From positions 14,151 through 78,150 of the forward strand of contig JBKPRJ010000055.1 in NCBI GenBank assembly GCA_046734455.1: DNA of 64,000 bases, read 5' to 3'. Each line of letters starts with the position of its first letter. Positions within the stretch are counted from its first letter, which is position 1. The notes beneath the pieces are model-generated. The model saw nothing but the letters and a program-made list of their open reading frames with translations, did no database searches and had not been told where the DNA came from. This DNA is from Actinomycetota bacterium. GTDB lineage: Bacteria; Actinomycetota; Thermoleophilia; Gaiellales; Gaiellaceae. The position numbers and the translations under genes are program-made. Shown piece after piece: positions 63,483 through 64,000 of the stretch.

Positions 63483-64000
63483 GTGGCGCTGATCGGTTGG
63501 GCCATACTCGTCGGCGCGAGCCTCGTCGCAGGAGTCCTCGTCGCGGTGGTCACGCGGCTTCCCGAACGCATCGCCGCGATCGTGACCTCCGTCGGCGGCG
63601 GCCTTCTCGTCGCGGCGATCGCCTTCGAGCTCGTCCCCGAGGCGGACGAGCGTGCGGGCGCGGCGATTACCGCGCTTGGGCTTCTGGCCGGGACGCTGGT
63701 CTATGTCGGGGCCGATGCGTGGCTCACGCGCGACGAGGCGATGAAGGCGATGCGACGCTCGGGCCAGGCGGCCGCAGCTGGTCAGCCCATGACGATGCCC
63801 GCCGACTACGCCGAGGCGGCGCGGGGCGAGTCGATCGCCGTGGGACTCTTCGTGGACGGGGTGCCGGAGTCGATTGCGCTGGGCCTCACGGTTGCGGAGG
63901 GCGAGATCGGGCTTGCGCTGCTCGTCGGGATCGTCGTCGGCAACGTGGTCGAGGCGTACGGTGCCGCCCAGCCGATCATCGCTGGCGGCCGCGCGAAGCG
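63483..64000 (+). CDS. ZIP-family metal transporter (partial; runs off the right edge)
   Basis: GTG 63483. TM helices carry FELVPEA and GLFVDGVPESIALG motifs typical of ZupT-like proteins. Confidence 0.8.
   Translation, partial: MALIGWAILVGASLVAGVLVAVVTRLPERIAAIVTSVGGGLLVAAIAFELVPEADERAGAAITALGLLAGTLVYVGADAWLTRDEAMKAMRRSGQAAAAGQPMTMPADYAEAARGESIAVGLFVDGVPESIALGLTVAEGEIGLALLVGIVVGNVVEAYGAAQPIIAGGRAK

Overview
This is a 64-kb chromosomal window of about 70% GC. Genes are densely packed and often overlap at their ends (ATGA, GTGA or TGATG junctions). Gene content suggests a high-GC Gram-positive (Actinomycetota-like) genome, but the taxon cannot be determined from sequence alone. I call about 65 protein genes, one tRNA-Pro(UGG) and one doubly frameshifted MFS pseudogene. 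I found no rRNA, CRISPR, transposase, integrase or phage genes.

Main blocks:
1. The left edge holds a truncated grdA plus a thioredoxin with an atypical active site.
2. A cebR/cebEFG/bglC-like beta-glucoside cluster follows, with LacI-type operators.
3. Next come GrdC-like, selenoprotein-B-like and GrdE-like genes behind a dimethylglycine-oxidase-type flavoenzyme, with a divergent choline-kinase-like gene.
4. Housekeeping genes ispH, ileS and trxA.
5. A GCS2 carboxylate-amine ligase is translationally coupled to an AhpE-like peroxiredoxin whose peroxidatic codon is UGA.
6. A three-gene operon encodes an alpha-oxoamine synthase, a membrane PAS-GGDEF-EAL protein and an MFS transporter.
7. Redox and stress genes (msrA, a Dps-Moco-FNR operon, WrbA, Ndh, a Cys-rich four-helix bundle, a ZIP transporter) are interleaved with two sigma-70 paralogs, two giant multi-GAF histidine kinases and several response regulators.

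The most noteworthy observations are three selenoprotein genes and the synthase/sensor/exporter operon. Two of the selenoprotein genes have visible in-frame UGA codons that the ORF track splits. Other items are a roughly 105-nt element repeated in two regulatory intergenic regions and several orphan hairpins or possible small RNAs. Many long ORFs in the track are antisense GC artefacts and were not called. All family assignments come from motif recognition by eye; no database search was run.
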